A DNA stretch of 64,000 bases from an uncultured Acidobacteriota bacterium (GCA_963761645.1 CAVXIG010000010.1:81266-145265); one strand, 5' to 3'. Shown: positions 9,308-20,182, counted from the first letter of the stretch. Notes: generated from the sequence alone by a model not told the origin. Made by a program: numbers and translations.

Positions 9308-10873
9308 TCAGGAGTCCTCGACCGGCATCTCTTCCCCGACCGGCGCCGCCGCCGGCTTCCCCGCGAACAGCCGCTTCAGCGACAGCCGCACGTTGTCCAG
9401 CTCCGCGAACATCCAGAGCTTGATCCCCTTGGCGGCCATGCGGAACGGGGCGATCTTGAGGTCGAAGAGCGCCTTGACCCGCCGGCCGTCGTTGCGGCGC
9501 CCGGCCTCCCCGGCGGCGCGGCGCGCCAGGGCGATCGCCTTGAAGCGCCGGTTGTAGATCCGCATCATGTGGTAGCTGATGAAGGCCGGCTTCGGCCCCA
9601 GCACGGGCATCCAGTGGAACTTCCCGAACAGGCGGTAGGCGGGGATCACCACGAAGATGTAGTACTGCGCCGTGTCCATGAGGAACGACGCGGAGAGCAG
9701 GTCGTGCTCCCCCATGTAGAAGTACTTGTCCTGGTAGATCGCCTTGAAGAAGCGGTGGTACGAGCGGTCGAACGTCGCGTTGTGCTCGGCGATCCGGGCG
9801 GTGACGTCCTCCCCCGCCGTCTGCGCCTTGACCATCTCGACCGTGGCCTCGACGGAGAACGAGGCATGGTCCAGCCCCGGCGAGTAATAGGGGTCGAGGA
9901 AGGCCGCCGCGTCCCCCATCAGCGCCCAGCCGTTGCCCATGTACTGGCGGGTGTAGTAGGCGAGGTTCGAGTAGGTCTTCAGGTCGTCGGCCTTCAGGCT
10001 CGCCCCCTCGAGCAGCTCCGCCGCGGCCGGGATCGCCCGCAGGAACGCCTGGTAGTCGCTCGCCATGTTGCTGCCGCGGTCGAGGCTCACCAGGCGGGTG
10101 TCGAAGACGACGCCGATGCTGGTCTCGCCGTTGCCCAGGGGGATGAACCAGACCCAGTAGCCGAACCCCATGTAGTGGTTGGTGGCAAGGCGGCGGGAGG
10201 CGACGTTGCCGCGCGCGAGCTTGAGCGGCCCGCGGGCGGCGAAGTCGTCGATGTGGCGGACCCCCTCCCAGCGCCCCCAGACCGCGGCGGTGGGGTGCTC
10301 GCGGTTGCGCTCGATCAGCCCCAGCTTCTTGCCGAGGAAGTTGGCCCTGCCGGTGGCGTCGAGCACCCAGCGGCAGCCGACCGTCTCGGTCTCCCCCTCG
10401 TGCTCGAGGGTGACGCGGTGGTCGAAGTCGCCGACCTCGACGTCGCGCACCCGGGCCGGGCGGACGAGCTCCGCCCCCTCGGCCACGGCGGTCGCCAGCA
10501 GGTGCTCGTCGAGGGTGTCGCGCCGGAGCTGGAACGAGGGGACCGTGCTGCGCTGGAAGGCGCCGGACTCGCTGGCGTCGGCGTGGCCGCGCACCTTCTC
10601 GTTCTGGAACCAGTAGCGCAGCCCCTCCTTCGGCAGGTGCTCGTTCTCCAGGTGCTGCCACATCGCCAGCCGCCGGGTGAGGAACATCCCGGACATCTCC
10701 GTGGTCGCCTCCCCCACCTTGGCGTCGAACGCCTCCTGGCGCTCGATCACCAGCACCGACAGATCCGGCCGGTCCCGCCGGAGCAGGATCGCCGCCGCGG
10801 CGCCGCTGAAGGCGCCCCCCAGAATGACCACGTCGTAGTTCTTCAAGCCTCTCCTTCCCCTGCTGCCAGGCAT
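9308..10873 (-). CDS. flavin-dependent halogenase (tryptophan-halogenase family)
   Basis: 521 aa; N-terminal FAD fold YDVVILGGAFSGAAAA; diagnostic WxWxIP motif GYWVWFIPLGNG; GWALMGDAAAFLDP FAD-binding signature. Confidence 0.75.
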   Translation of the reverse strand: MPGSRGRRGLKNYDVVILGGAFSGAAAAILLRRDRPDLSVLVIERQEAFDAKVGEATTEMSGMFLTRRLAMWQHLENEHLPKEGLRYWFQNEKVRGHADASESGAFQRSTVPSFQLRRDTLDEHLLATAVAEGAELVRPARVRDVEVGDFDHRVTLEHEGETETVGCRWVLDATGRANFLGKKLGLIERNREHPTAAVWGRWEGVRHIDDFAARGPLKLARGNVASRRLATNHYMGFGYWVWFIPLGNGETSIGVVFDTRLVSLDRGSNMASDYQAFLRAIPAAAELLEGASLKADDLKTYSNLAYYTRQYMGNGWALMGDAAAFLDPYYSPGLDHASFSVEATVEMVKAQTAGEDVTARIAEHNATFDRSYHRFFKAIYQDKYFYMGEHDLLSASFLMDTAQYYIFVVIPAYRLFGKFHWMPVLGPKPAFISYHMMRIYNRRFKAIALARRAAGEAGRRNDGRRVKALFDLKIAPFRMAAKGIKLWMFAELDNVRLSLKRLFAGKPAAAPVGEEMPVEDS

Positions 10874-11017
10874 GCTGTCCGGGCAAGTTTAGCAGCCATG
10901 GAGGGGCCGGGGTTGCGGCTTTCTGCGATGTGGGTCAGAATATGCTCCCGCGAAAGATGCCGCCCCGCCTTCTACACCCCCGTCCTTTTCTCATGATCTA
11001 GCCAAAACGGAGACATC

Positions 11018-13006
11018 TTGACTCGTAGAATGCTGATCAACGCGCAGCGTCCGGAAGAGCTGCGCGTCGCCATCGTCCAGGGGAATGTCCTTGAAAACTA
11101 CAAGGTGGACGTCGCCGAAGCGGGCCTGACCCGCGGCAACATCTACCGCGGAGTCATCGCCAGCATCCAGCCCAGCCTGAACGCCGCCTTCATCGATTAC
11201 GGCGCCGAGCGGCACGGGTTCCTGGCGATCCAGGACGTGGTCCCCGACGCCTACTACCGGCGCCCCTCCAGCGGCCACCCTCGCATCGACGAGGTGCTGG
11301 AGAAGAACAAGCCCATCGTCGTCCAGGTCGAGAAGGATCCGATCGGAACGAAGGGCGCGGCGCTCACCACCAGCCTCTCCCTCGCCGGCCGCTATCTCGT
11401 GCTGACCCCCTTCGAGGACACGCGCGGCGTCTCGCGCAAAGTCGAGGACGAGGACACGCGCAAGAAGCTCAAGGGGCTGGCCAACGGTCTCGATCTGCCC
11501 GACGGGTGCGGCGTCATCCTGCGCACCAACGCCCTGGGCCAGACCAAAATCACGCTCAACCGCGACCTCTCGGCCCTGCTGCGCCTGTGGAAACGGGTGC
11601 AGACGGCGGCGATGCAGGGCAAGGGGACCCGCCTCCTCTACACCGACCAGGACCTGATCCTCCAGGCGCTCCGGGACTACCTGGACACCAGTATCGAGGA
11701 GGTCCTGGTCGACGACGACGAGGCGTTCCACAAGGCGAAGGCCTACATCGAGGCCTTCATGCCGCGCTCGAAGACGCGCCTGATCCGCTATGCCGAGCGC
11801 ATCCCCCTGTTCAGCCGCTACGACCTCGAGTCGCAGATCGACCGCATCTACGAACGCCGGGTGGAGCTGCCGAGCGGCGGCTCGATCGTCATCGACCCCA
11901 CCGAGGCGCTGACCGCGATCGACGTCAACTCCGGCCGCTCGACCCGCGCCGCCACCCAGGAGGAGACGGCCCTCAACACCAACGTCGAGGCGGCCGCCGA
12001 GGTGGCCCGCCAGCTCCGGCTGCGCGACATCGGCGGCATCGTGGTCGTCGACTTCATCGACATGCGCTCCTCGAAGGGTCAGCGCAAGGTCGAGAAGGTC
12101 CTCAAGGACGCCATGAAGGTGGACAAGGCGCGCTCGACGATCGGCCGCGTCTCGCCCAACGGCCTGCTCGAGATCAACCGCCAGCGCATCCAGCAGGCGC
12201 TGCAGCTCCGCACGCACCGCCCCTGCCCGACCTGCAACGGCGTCGGGCGTCTGGCGAGCGAGGAGATGGTCTGCCTGTCGCTGCTGCGCCGGGTCGAGGC
12301 CCGCGCCGCCACCGGCTCGATCCAGGGCGCCCGCATCGGTCTCCACCCGGAGCTCGCCGACGCGCTCCAGAACAACTACCGGCGCGAGCTCGCCGACCTC
12401 GAGACCGAGTTCGACATCGAGATCGAGGTCATCGCGACCGCCGGTCTCCACCGGCCGGACGAGAAGATCGATTGGCGGAAGCGGGAGAAGCCCGTGCCGC
12501 CGCCGAAGCCCAAGCAGGCCGCGATCACCTTCCAGCCCTGGGATCTCGCCTCGCTCGAAGACGAGGACGACGACGAGGACGAGGACTTCGCCGCGGAGGG
12601 CGAGGACCACGGCGAGGAGAACGGCCAGGCCGCGAGCGGGGAGAGCGCCGAGAGCGATGCCGCCGCCAGGAAACGCCGCCGGCGCCGTGGCGGGCGCAAG
12701 CGGAAGAAGAAGGGGGCCCCCGGCGAGAATGGCAACGGCGGCGTCCACGGTACTGGCGCCAGCGACCAGGCCGCCCTGGAAGCCGCGGGAGAAGGCGCGC
12801 CGGCCGACACCTACCTCGCGCCCGTCGTGGAGGGTCCCGCGTTCATCGACGAGCCCGCGGATCTCTTCGATGAGGACGATGACGAGGAGGACGAGGACGA
12901 CGATCTCGAAGAGGGGCAGGAGGCCGTCAACGCCGACGGCACGGTGGCTGCCCCTGGAGCGCCCGGAACGAAGAAGCGCCGGCGGCGTCGGCGGCGGCGG
13001 AAGTAG
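11018..13006 (+). CDS. rne: ribonuclease E/G family endoribonuclease
   Basis: 662 aa; S1 domain (VGNIYRGVI...), catalytic core (...ALTAIDVNSG...DIGGIVVVDFIDM...), CPxCxGxG zinc link, acidic/Arg-Lys-rich C-terminal tail; TTG start. Confidence 0.85.
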   Translation: MTRRMLINAQRPEELRVAIVQGNVLENYKVDVAEAGLTRGNIYRGVIASIQPSLNAAFIDYGAERHGFLAIQDVVPDAYYRRPSSGHPRIDEVLEKNKPIVVQVEKDPIGTKGAALTTSLSLAGRYLVLTPFEDTRGVSRKVEDEDTRKKLKGLANGLDLPDGCGVILRTNALGQTKITLNRDLSALLRLWKRVQTAAMQGKGTRLLYTDQDLILQALRDYLDTSIEEVLVDDDEAFHKAKAYIEAFMPRSKTRLIRYAERIPLFSRYDLESQIDRIYERRVELPSGGSIVIDPTEALTAIDVNSGRSTRAATQEETALNTNVEAAAEVARQLRLRDIGGIVVVDFIDMRSSKGQRKVEKVLKDAMKVDKARSTIGRVSPNGLLEINRQRIQQALQLRTHRPCPTCNGVGRLASEEMVCLSLLRRVEARAATGSIQGARIGLHPELADALQNNYRRELADLETEFDIEIEVIATAGLHRPDEKIDWRKREKPVPPPKPKQAAITFQPWDLASLEDEDDDEDEDFAAEGEDHGEENGQAASGESAESDAAARKRRRRRGGRKRKKKGAPGENGNGGVHGTGASDQAALEAAGEGAPADTYLAPVVEGPAFIDEPADLFDEDDDEEDEDDDLEEGQEAVNADGTVAAPGAPGTKKRRRRRRRRK

Positions 13007-13096
13007 AGCAAGGACGGGGTTAGGTACCGCTCGTCTCATGCGATCATGAATAGAGCGGGACCACCCCCGCCACTTCATCTCGGGAGGCGCGCCAGT

Positions 13097-13324
13097 ATGT
13101 TCGACCGGATCTCCTTCGACCCCAGGATCATGGGTGGCAGGGCTTGCATCCGTGGGATGCGATTGACGGTGAGCCTCCTCGTCAACCTCGTCGCGAACGG
13201 CATGACGACCGCGGAGATCCTGAGCGAGTATCCCGATCTCGAAGCGGAGGATATCCGGCAGGCGTTGCAGTACGCGTCCGCCCTCGCCAATGAAGAGGTC
13301 CATCCCCTGCCGATCGCGAGTTGA
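13097..13324 (+). CDS. DUF433 family protein (antitoxin-like)
   Basis: MFDRISFDPRIMGGRACIRGMRLTVSLLVNLVANGMTTAEILSEYPDLEAEDIRQALQYA is the DUF433 signature; ATG at 13097 within ORF 13046..13324. Confidence 0.7.
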   Translation: MFDRISFDPRIMGGRACIRGMRLTVSLLVNLVANGMTTAEILSEYPDLEAEDIRQALQYASALANEEVHPLPIAS

Positions 13325-13700
13325 TGCGGTTCCTGGCCGACATGGGCGTATCCCGCGCCTCGGCTGCGGAGCTACGCCACCGCGAGCACGACGTGCTTCA
13401 CCTCAGCGAGGAGGGGCTTCACCGTCTGCCGGACGATGAAATCCTGAGACTCGCGCAGAGTGAACGCCGGGTCATCCTGACCTTCGATCTGGACTTTGGA
13501 GATCTCCTCGCCGCCGGCGCCTTTTCTCTCCCCAGCGTCGTCATTTTCCGGCTCCTGGACCAGACCCCCGCCTCGGTAACCCCGAAATTGCTCCACCTGC
13601 TCTCCGAGAGGGCGCAGGAGATCGAAGAGGGCGCGATCGTCATCGTCGAGGATCGACGCTACCGATTGCGGCGTCTGCCGATTCAGAAGCCCGAAATAGG
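13321..13700 (+). CDS. DUF5615 family PIN-like protein (toxin-like partner of DUF433); 3-prime end uncertain
   Basis: MMRFLADMGVSRASAAELRHREHDVLHLSEEGLHRLPDDEILRLAQSERRVILTFDLDFGDLL...; TTGATG start overlaps DUF433 stop; the annotated frame lacks a stop until 14226 (likely indel), and a TAG lies in an adjacent frame near 13695. Confidence 0.6.
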
Positions 13701-13719
13701 CGGCCCGTTCAGGGCCGCC
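13697..13719. terminator. hairpin between convergent genes (aggcggccc-gttca-gggccgcct)
   Basis: 9-bp perfect inverted repeat with 5-nt loop located between the DUF5615 gene end and the E1 gene stop. Confidence 0.35.
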
Positions 13720-13722
13720 TCT

Positions 13723-16184
13723 CTACCGGTAAAAGATCGGGAACGACTTCGGGTCGGCCTCGTGCATCAGCTCGTAGACCGTCTCGAAGATCGACTCCCG
13801 GTTGGGCTTCGAGTAGTAGTCGCCGTCCGAGCCGTAGGAGGGGCGGTGCTCCTTGGCGGCGAGGGTGCGCGGCTCGGAGTCGAGCCAGTTGTACCCCCCC
13901 TGCTCCTCGAGCACCTTCTGCATCATGTAGGCGGTGCCGCCGCCGGGCACGTCCTCGTCCAGGAAGAGGACGCGGCTGGTCTTCCTGAGCGACTCGACGA
14001 TCCGGCCGTGGAGATCGAACGGCAGCAGGGTCTGGACGTCGATCACCTCCGCCTCGATCCCCACCTCGGCGAGCTTCTCGGCCGCCTCGAGCGCGATCCG
14101 GCAGCAGGCGCCGTAGGTGACGACCGTCACGTCGCTCCCCTCCCGCAGCACCTCCGGCACGCCCGAGCGGCACCCGGAGCTCGCCGATGTTGGCGGGCAG
14201 CTTCTCCTTCAGGCGATAGCCGTTGAGCACCTCGACGACCAGCGCCGGATCGTCGCTCGCGAGCAGCGTGTTGTAGAACCCCGCCGCCTGGGTCATGTTG
14301 CGCGGCACGCAGAGCCAGATGCCGCGGATCAGGTTCAGCAGCCCCCCCATCGGCGACCCCGAGTGCCAGATCCCCTCCAGCCGGTGGCCGCGCGTGCGCA
14401 CGATCACCGGCGCCTTCTGCCGCCCCTTGGTGCGCCAGCGCAGGGTGGCGAGATCGTCCGACAGGATCTGCAGACCGTAGAGGACGTAGTCGAGATACTG
14501 GATCTCCGCGATCGGCCGCAGGCCCCGCAGCGCCATGCCCGATCGCCTGCCCCATGATCGTGGCCTCGCGGATGCCGGTGTCCGCGACCCGCAGCGGCCC
14601 GTACTTGGCCTGCAGGCCGGCGAACCCCTGGTTGACGTCGCCGATCTGGCCGACGTCCTCGCCGAAGGCGATCAGGTTCGGCATCCGGGAGAGCGCCGCG
14701 TCGAAAGCGGCGTTGAGCACCTCGAAGCCGTTGAGCACCGGCGCGTCCGGCGCGTAGACCGCCGGCACGGGCGCGATCTTCAAGGCGGAAAGCTCCGTCG
14801 CGCTGTAGAGGTCCGAGCTGTAGCGGTCCTCGTTGGCGCGGTCCTGCTCCCGCTTCCAGGCCACGATCCGGCGCGCCGCGGGCGGCTCCTCCCCCGCCGT
14901 GGCGATCAGGGCGGAATGGAGGGCGGCCATGATGTCGCGGCGCGGGGTCATCGGCTGCCTCTCGAGCTCCTGCCGGAGCTTCCGGATCGCCGCGGGGTTC
15001 GCGGCCTGGCTCGCGATCTCGTCGAGCATCTCCAGGGCGGTCCGCTTCTCCGCGTCGATCGGGGCGCGGAACTCCTCCCAGGCCCGGCGCTGCGCCTCGC
15101 GGACGGTCCGGAGATCCTCCGCCTCGGCCGCCTCGAGCTCCTGGACGGTGGCGATCCCCTGCTCGATCATCCACTGGCGCATCTTGTGGATGGGATCGAA
15201 CTCGATCTCCCAGGCCAGCCGGTCCTTCGACTTGTAGCGCTCGTGGCTGCCGGAGGTGGAGTGCCCCTGCGGCTGGGTCATCTCGGCGACGTGGACGAGG
15301 GCCGGCACGTGCTCGGCGCGGACGATCTGCACGGCGGAGAGGTAGGTCTCGCAGAGGCCGGGGTAGTCCCACCCCTTGACGGTGTAGAGGTCGTACCCCT
15401 GGCGGCTCCCCGGCGCGCGGCGGAAGCCGGAGAGGACGGCCGAGAGGTCGTCCTTGGTGATCTGGTGCTCGTTGGCGACGGAGATGCCGTAGCCGTCGTC
15501 CCAGATCGAGATCATCGCCGGGCACCCGAGGACGCCGATGGCGTTGACCGCCTCCCAGAACAGACCCTCGGCGCAGCTCGCGTTGCCGATGGTGCCGAAG
15601 GCGACCTCGTCGCCGTGGTTCGAGAACGGCGCCCCGAGCTCCCGCAGCTCGGGCAGCTCGCGGTAGAGGCGCGAGGCGTAGGCGAGCCCGACCAGGCGCG
15701 GCATCTGCGACCCGGTGGGCGAGACGTCCGAGGAGGAGTTCAGCAGGTCCACCAGGTTGCGGAAGCCGCCGTCCGCCTCCAGCATGCAGGTCGAGAAGTG
15801 GGCGGTCATCGAGCGGCCCGCCGAGCAGGGCTCGCGCTCGATGTCGGGATCGGCGTAGAGCTGGGCGAAGAACTGCTCGAGGGTGAGCAGCCCGAGGGCC
15901 ATCATCAGCGTCTGGTCGCGGTAATAGCCGGAGCGGAAGTCGCCCGGACGGAAGGCGCGCGCGAGGGCGACCTGGGCCACCTCCTTGCCGTCGCCGAAGA
16001 TGCCGAACTTGGCCTTGCCGGTGAACACCTCCCTGCGGCCGATCAGGCTCGCCTGCCGGCTCTGGAAGGCGATCCGGTAGTCGCGAAGGATGCTCTCCCT
16101 CGTGAACTGCGAGCCCCCGGCTCCAGGCAGGGACGAGGTGTCCCGATCCGTAATGGGAAGTGACATGCTGAAGTCTCCAATCAA
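13723..16184 (-). CDS. 2-oxoacid dehydrogenase E1 component, fused alpha/beta TPP-dependent (frameshifted around 14160 and around 14520)
   Basis: ORF 14127..16184 carries the TPP-binding alpha module and start of beta (...[47 protein letters not shown]); continues in frames 13709..14536 and 13723..14160 (...transketolase C-terminal ...[31 protein letters not shown]...). Confidence 0.7.
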
Positions 16185-16271
16185 GGGTAGGACGGGCCGG
16201 TCTCCCGGCCGGACTCGGTCCAGAGGAGAAATGCTAGCACGTGCTACGATCCCGCCTCGAACTCAAACCCT

Positions 16272-17805
16272 TTGAGGGAGGCTATGACCGAAACGCTCCG
16301 ACGCACCGCTTTCGGCGCCCTCGCGCTCCTCCTCGGCTTCATTCCTCTCGCCTGCGCCAGCAGCTCCGCCGTCTCTCCCCAGACCGCCGCTCCCGAAGCG
16401 GCGAGGTCCGAGGAGATGAAAAAGGGGGAGAAGCCGTCGCATGCTCCCGCCACCGGGCCGGCGAGCGGAGTCGAATCGAGGCGAGCCGGCGAGTCCGCCT
16501 ACACCTCCATCTACCAGCCCCTCCCCTCGCAGCCGGTCCTGATCACCAACGCCACCGTGCTGACCGCCGCCGGCGAGCGCATCGAGCGCGGCTCGGTGCT
16601 GATGCAGCGACGGCAAGATCGCCGCCGTCGGCCCGACCGTCGCGGCTCCGGCCGGCGCCGCGGTCGTCGACGGCTCCGGCAAGTGGGTCACGCCGGGGAT
16701 CATCGACGCCCATTCCCATCTCGGCGTCTACGCCGCCCCCGGCGTCGAGGCCAACTCCGACGGCAACGAGGCGACCGCTCCCAACACCGCCGAGGTCTGG
16801 GCCGAGCACTCCGTCTGGCCGCAGGACCCGCAGTTCCCGCTGGCCCTCGCCACCGGCGGCGTGACCACGATGCAGATCCTCCCCGGCTCGGCCAACCTGT
16901 TCGGCGGCCGCAGCGTGACGGTGAAGAACCTCCCCGCCCGCGGCGTCTACGGGATGAAGTTCCCCGGCGCCCCCTACGGGCTCAAGATGGCCTGCGGCGA
17001 GAATCCCAAGCGGGTCTATGGCGGCAAGGGGCGCGCCCCCTCCACCCGCATGGGCAACGTCGCCGGCTACCGCGAGGCCTGGATCAAGGCCGCCAAGTAC
17101 CGCGCCGACTGGGCCGAGTACGAGCGCAAGCGCCAAGCCGGCGAGGACGCCGACGAACAGCCCGACCGCGACCTGCAGCTCGAGACCCTGGCCGGCGTGC
17201 TCAGCGGCGACATCCTGGTCCAGAACCACTGCTACAGGGCCGACGAGATGCTCACCATGATCGACATCGCCAAGGAGTTCGGCTACAAGGTCACCGCCTT
17301 CCACCACGCCGTCGAGGCCTACAAGATCGCCGACGTGCTGGCGGCCAACGGCATCTGCGCCGACATCTGGGCCGACTGGTGGGGGTTCAAGATGGAGGCC
17401 TTCGACGGCATCCGCGAGAACGCCGCCCTGCTCCAGAAGGCCGGCGCCTGCGTCGTCATCCACTCCGATTCGTCGGAGGGGATCCAGCGGCTCAACCAGG
17501 AGGCCGCCAAGTCGATGGCGGCGGGCAACCGCATGGGGATGAACCTCCGCGAGGAGGACGCCATCCGCTGGCTGACGATCAATCCGGCGAAGTCGATCGG
17601 GGTCGACCGGCAGACCGGCTCGCTCGAGCCGGGCAAGATGGCCGACGTGGTGCTCTGGAGCGGCAACCCGTTCAGCGTCTACAGCCGCCCCGACAAGGTC
17701 TACATCGACGGCGCCCTGGCCTTCGACCGCAACGATCCGTCCCGGCAACTGAAGACCGACTTCGAGCTCGGCATCCGGGACAGCCGGGAAGAGGTGCAGC
17801 CATGA
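16272..17805 (+). CDS. secreted/lipoprotein amidohydrolase family protein 1 (frameshift around 16610)
   Basis: Lipobox-like signal (FIPLACASS); LITNATVLTAAGERIERGSVLM then frame switch to (D)GKIAAVG...WVTPGIIDAHSHLGV (metal-binding HxH) ...HCYRADEM...AFHHA...VIHSDS...; ends TGA 17803-17805. Confidence 0.75.
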
Positions 17806-19099
17806 GATCGCGGACGGCTTTGACCCTTCATGGCCGGCCTCGCGCTGGCCGGCGCCACGGCCGCCAGGGCCGAGACCGTGGCGATCACCGGCGCCACCCT
17901 CCATACGATGGGACCGCAGGGGACGATCCAGAACGGCACCGTGGTGATCGAGAACGGCAAGATCCGGGCGGTCGGGGCCTCCGTGCCCCTGCCGGCCTCG
18001 GTCCGGCGGATCGACGCCCATGGCCAGGTGGTGACGCCGGGCCTGTTCGACTCGTACTCCCAGATCGGCCTCGTCGAGGTGAACGCCGTCGAGGACACCG
18101 AGGACGCGCACAGCCAGGACGACCGCATCACCGCCGCCTTCGACGTCGCCGACGCGATCAACCCGCGCTCGACGCTGATCCCGGTCAACCGCGTCGAGGG
18201 TCTGACCCGCGTCGTCGCGGCGCCCAACCCTGGCAAGAGCCTGATCGCCGGCCAGGGCGCCATCATCGATCTCGGAGGTCCTGGGAGATCATCCCGGGGA
18301 GTATCTGGTGCGCTCTCCGGCCGCCATGTTCGCGGTGCTCGGCGAGGCGGGAGCCGGCCTCTCGGGAGGGGCGCGGGAGAACTCGATCCTCCGCCTGCGC
18401 GAAGCCTTCCAGGACACCCTCGACTACATCGCCAACCGAAGGGCCTTCGAGCAGGGGGACCGGCGCCCCTACACCCTGTCGCGGCTCGACCTCGAGGCCC
18501 TGATCCCGGTGGTCAAGGGTGAGCTCCCGCTGGTGGTGGGGGTCAACCGGGCGAGCGACATCGAGTCCACGCTGCGGCTGGCGAAGGAGTTCCACCTCAA
18601 GCTGATCCTCGCCGGCGCCGCCGAGGGGTGGGTGGTCGCCCGCCAGATCGCCGAGGCCAAGGTGCCGGTGCTCCTCAACCCGCTGAACAATCTGCCGGGG
18701 AGCTTCGAGAGCCTCGGCGCCACGCTGGAGAACCCGGCGCGGCTCTACAAGGCCGGGGTGACCATCGCCTTCATGTCCGGCGACGCCCACAACAGCCGCA
18801 ACATCAGGCAGGAAGCCGGCAACGCCGTCGCCTACGGCCTCCCCTGGGACGCCGCCCTCGCCGCCATGACCGCCGTTCCCGCCCGCATCTGGGGGATCGC
18901 GAGCCCGCTACGGCACCCTCGAGCCGGGCAAGGACGCGGACGTGGTGATCTGGGACGGCGATCCGCTGGAGGTAACCAGCTTCCCCACCGCCGTCTTCAT
19001 CCGCGGCAAGGCGGTCCCGATGACCAGCCGCCAGCTCGAGCTGCGCGACCGCTACAAGGACGTCAAGGGCCCGCTGCCGCCGGTCTATAGAAAGCCGTA
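17804..19099 (+). CDS. secreted amidohydrolase family protein 2 (three frameshifts: around 17830, 18290 and 18905)
   Basis: ATG overlaps upstream stop (ccATGAgat); signal peptide; ...VAITGATLHTMGPQG...VENGKIRAVG...VTPGLFDSYSQIGLVEV... continues in ORF 18308..19090 and a third frame to ...GKDADVVIWDGDPLEVTSFPTAVFIRGKAV...PVYRKP*. Confidence 0.7.
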
Positions 19100-19157
19100 A
19101 ATTCTCGGGGCCCCGGAGACGGGGCCCCGACCTGCTCTGATCCCGACCTGGCCTGAT

Positions 19158-19730
19158 CTAAGCGTCCACGCAGGCCGCGGCCACCTTCGCGGTGTCCGCG
19201 TACTGCTCGAAGCGGACGACCCGGCCGTCGCACAGCCAGTAGACGTGGGCGAACGCCGCGGTCATCGACTTCCCGGTGGCCCTGTGGGTTCCCTCGTAGG
19301 CGCCGAGCGCGACGATCGATTCTCCCGCGACCAGCCAGCTGCCGACGACGGCCTTCCAGGATTCCCATTCCGCTGCCAGCCCGCCGAACGCCTGGTCCAG
19401 GACCTCCTCCGCCCCGACGTATCGGCCGCCGCCCGGAAAACCTTCATTCTGGATCCATTCGATGTCCGGATCGAGAATGACCAGGATCTCGTCCCGATCC
19501 TGGGTTGCGAAAGCTTCATAAAGATCCTGAACGATGGCCAGGTTGCTCGCCGCGAGCATCAGTCCGCAGCCCGGACATTCGACGGCGCCCGCGGGCAATC
19601 GCGAGTGACAGGACGGGCAGATGCCCGGCGCGGAGGATCTCCACCAGATCGTCCCCCTCCTCGCCGAGCCTCTGGCGCAGGAGCTCGCCGTCCAGCTCGA
19701 AAGCGCGGAGCCGCATTCTTCCTTCGCCAC
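19158..19730 (-). CDS. SnoaL-like/NTF2-fold protein, possibly with N-terminal zinc ribbon (start uncertain between 19730 and about 19558)
   Basis: C-terminal ...NLAIVQDLYEAFATQDRDEILVILDPDIEWIQNEGFPGGGRYVGAEEVLDQAF... SnoaL-like; N-terminal CPSCHSRLPAGAVECPGCG motif. Confidence 0.5.
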   Translation of the reverse strand: MAKEECGSALSSWTASSCARGSARRGTIWWRSSAPGICPSCHSRLPAGAVECPGCGLMLAASNLAIVQDLYEAFATQDRDEILVILDPDIEWIQNEGFPGGGRYVGAEEVLDQAFGGLAAEWESWKAVVGSWLVAGESIVALGAYEGTHRATGKSMTAAFAHVYWLCDGRVVRFEQYADTAKVAAACVDA

Positions 19731-20091
19731 CAGGATCTTGTATTTCTGCTGATTGTATCTCTGCGGCCGACCGGAAGATGCGACCGGATGGATCCAGCAG
19801 GAGATGCCGTGCCGCTCGAAAAGCGCCCGCAGGCTCCTCGATCCATTCGAGGTCTTCGGTGCGAATGTGAACCGCTCTTATCGTCCTTGCCGGGACGGTC
19901 GCCGCGGGCTCGTTGGATTCCTGCGCCCGGGCGGCCCCGGGTGATACGGTCGCGGCGCCGCAGTCGATGCAGACTTTGATATGCGGCTGGAACTCGGAGC
20001 CGCACTCGGGGCAGACCACGAAATCGGGATCACTCGCCGTCGGAACCGGGCCATATTTATCGAGGTCCAAGCCGCCTCCTCTCGAAGTCAC
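19516..20091 (-). CDS. zinc-ribbon domain protein (relationship to downstream SnoaL-like ORF unresolved)
   Basis: N-terminal CPECGSEFQPHIKVCIDCG double CxxC; overlaps the SnoaL-like ORF over about 215 nt in another frame. Confidence 0.35.
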   Translation of the reverse strand: MTSRGGGLDLDKYGPVPTASDPDFVVCPECGSEFQPHIKVCIDCGAATVSPGAARAQESNEPAATVPARTIRAVHIRTEDLEWIEEPAGAFRAARHLLLDPSGRIFRSAAEIQSAEIQDPGGEGRMRLRAFELDGELLRQRLGEEGDDLVEILRAGHLPVLSLAIARGRRRMSGLRTDARGEQPGHRSGSL

Positions 20092-20182
20092 AGGGGTCTA
20101 TGCCAAGTATCGCATCGATCTGGAGCCGGAGCCCCGCGATCGGCGATATACTTCGCGCCTTTCCGAAAAGGAGAGGGTGCGA

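Noticed and set aside
9162-10996. 574-aa minus and 580-aa plus ORFs overlapping the halogenase
   Set aside because: Low-complexity Arg/Gly-rich products. The halogenase frame (9308..10873) carries all conserved motifs.
11506-12873. 455-aa plus ORF inside rne
   Set aside because: Alternate frame of the RNase E gene with Arg/Pro/Gly-rich composition.
13709-14536. Stand-alone 275-aa ORF and 13723..14160 ORF
   Set aside because: Not independent genes. They are C-terminal pieces of the frameshifted E1 dehydrogenase.
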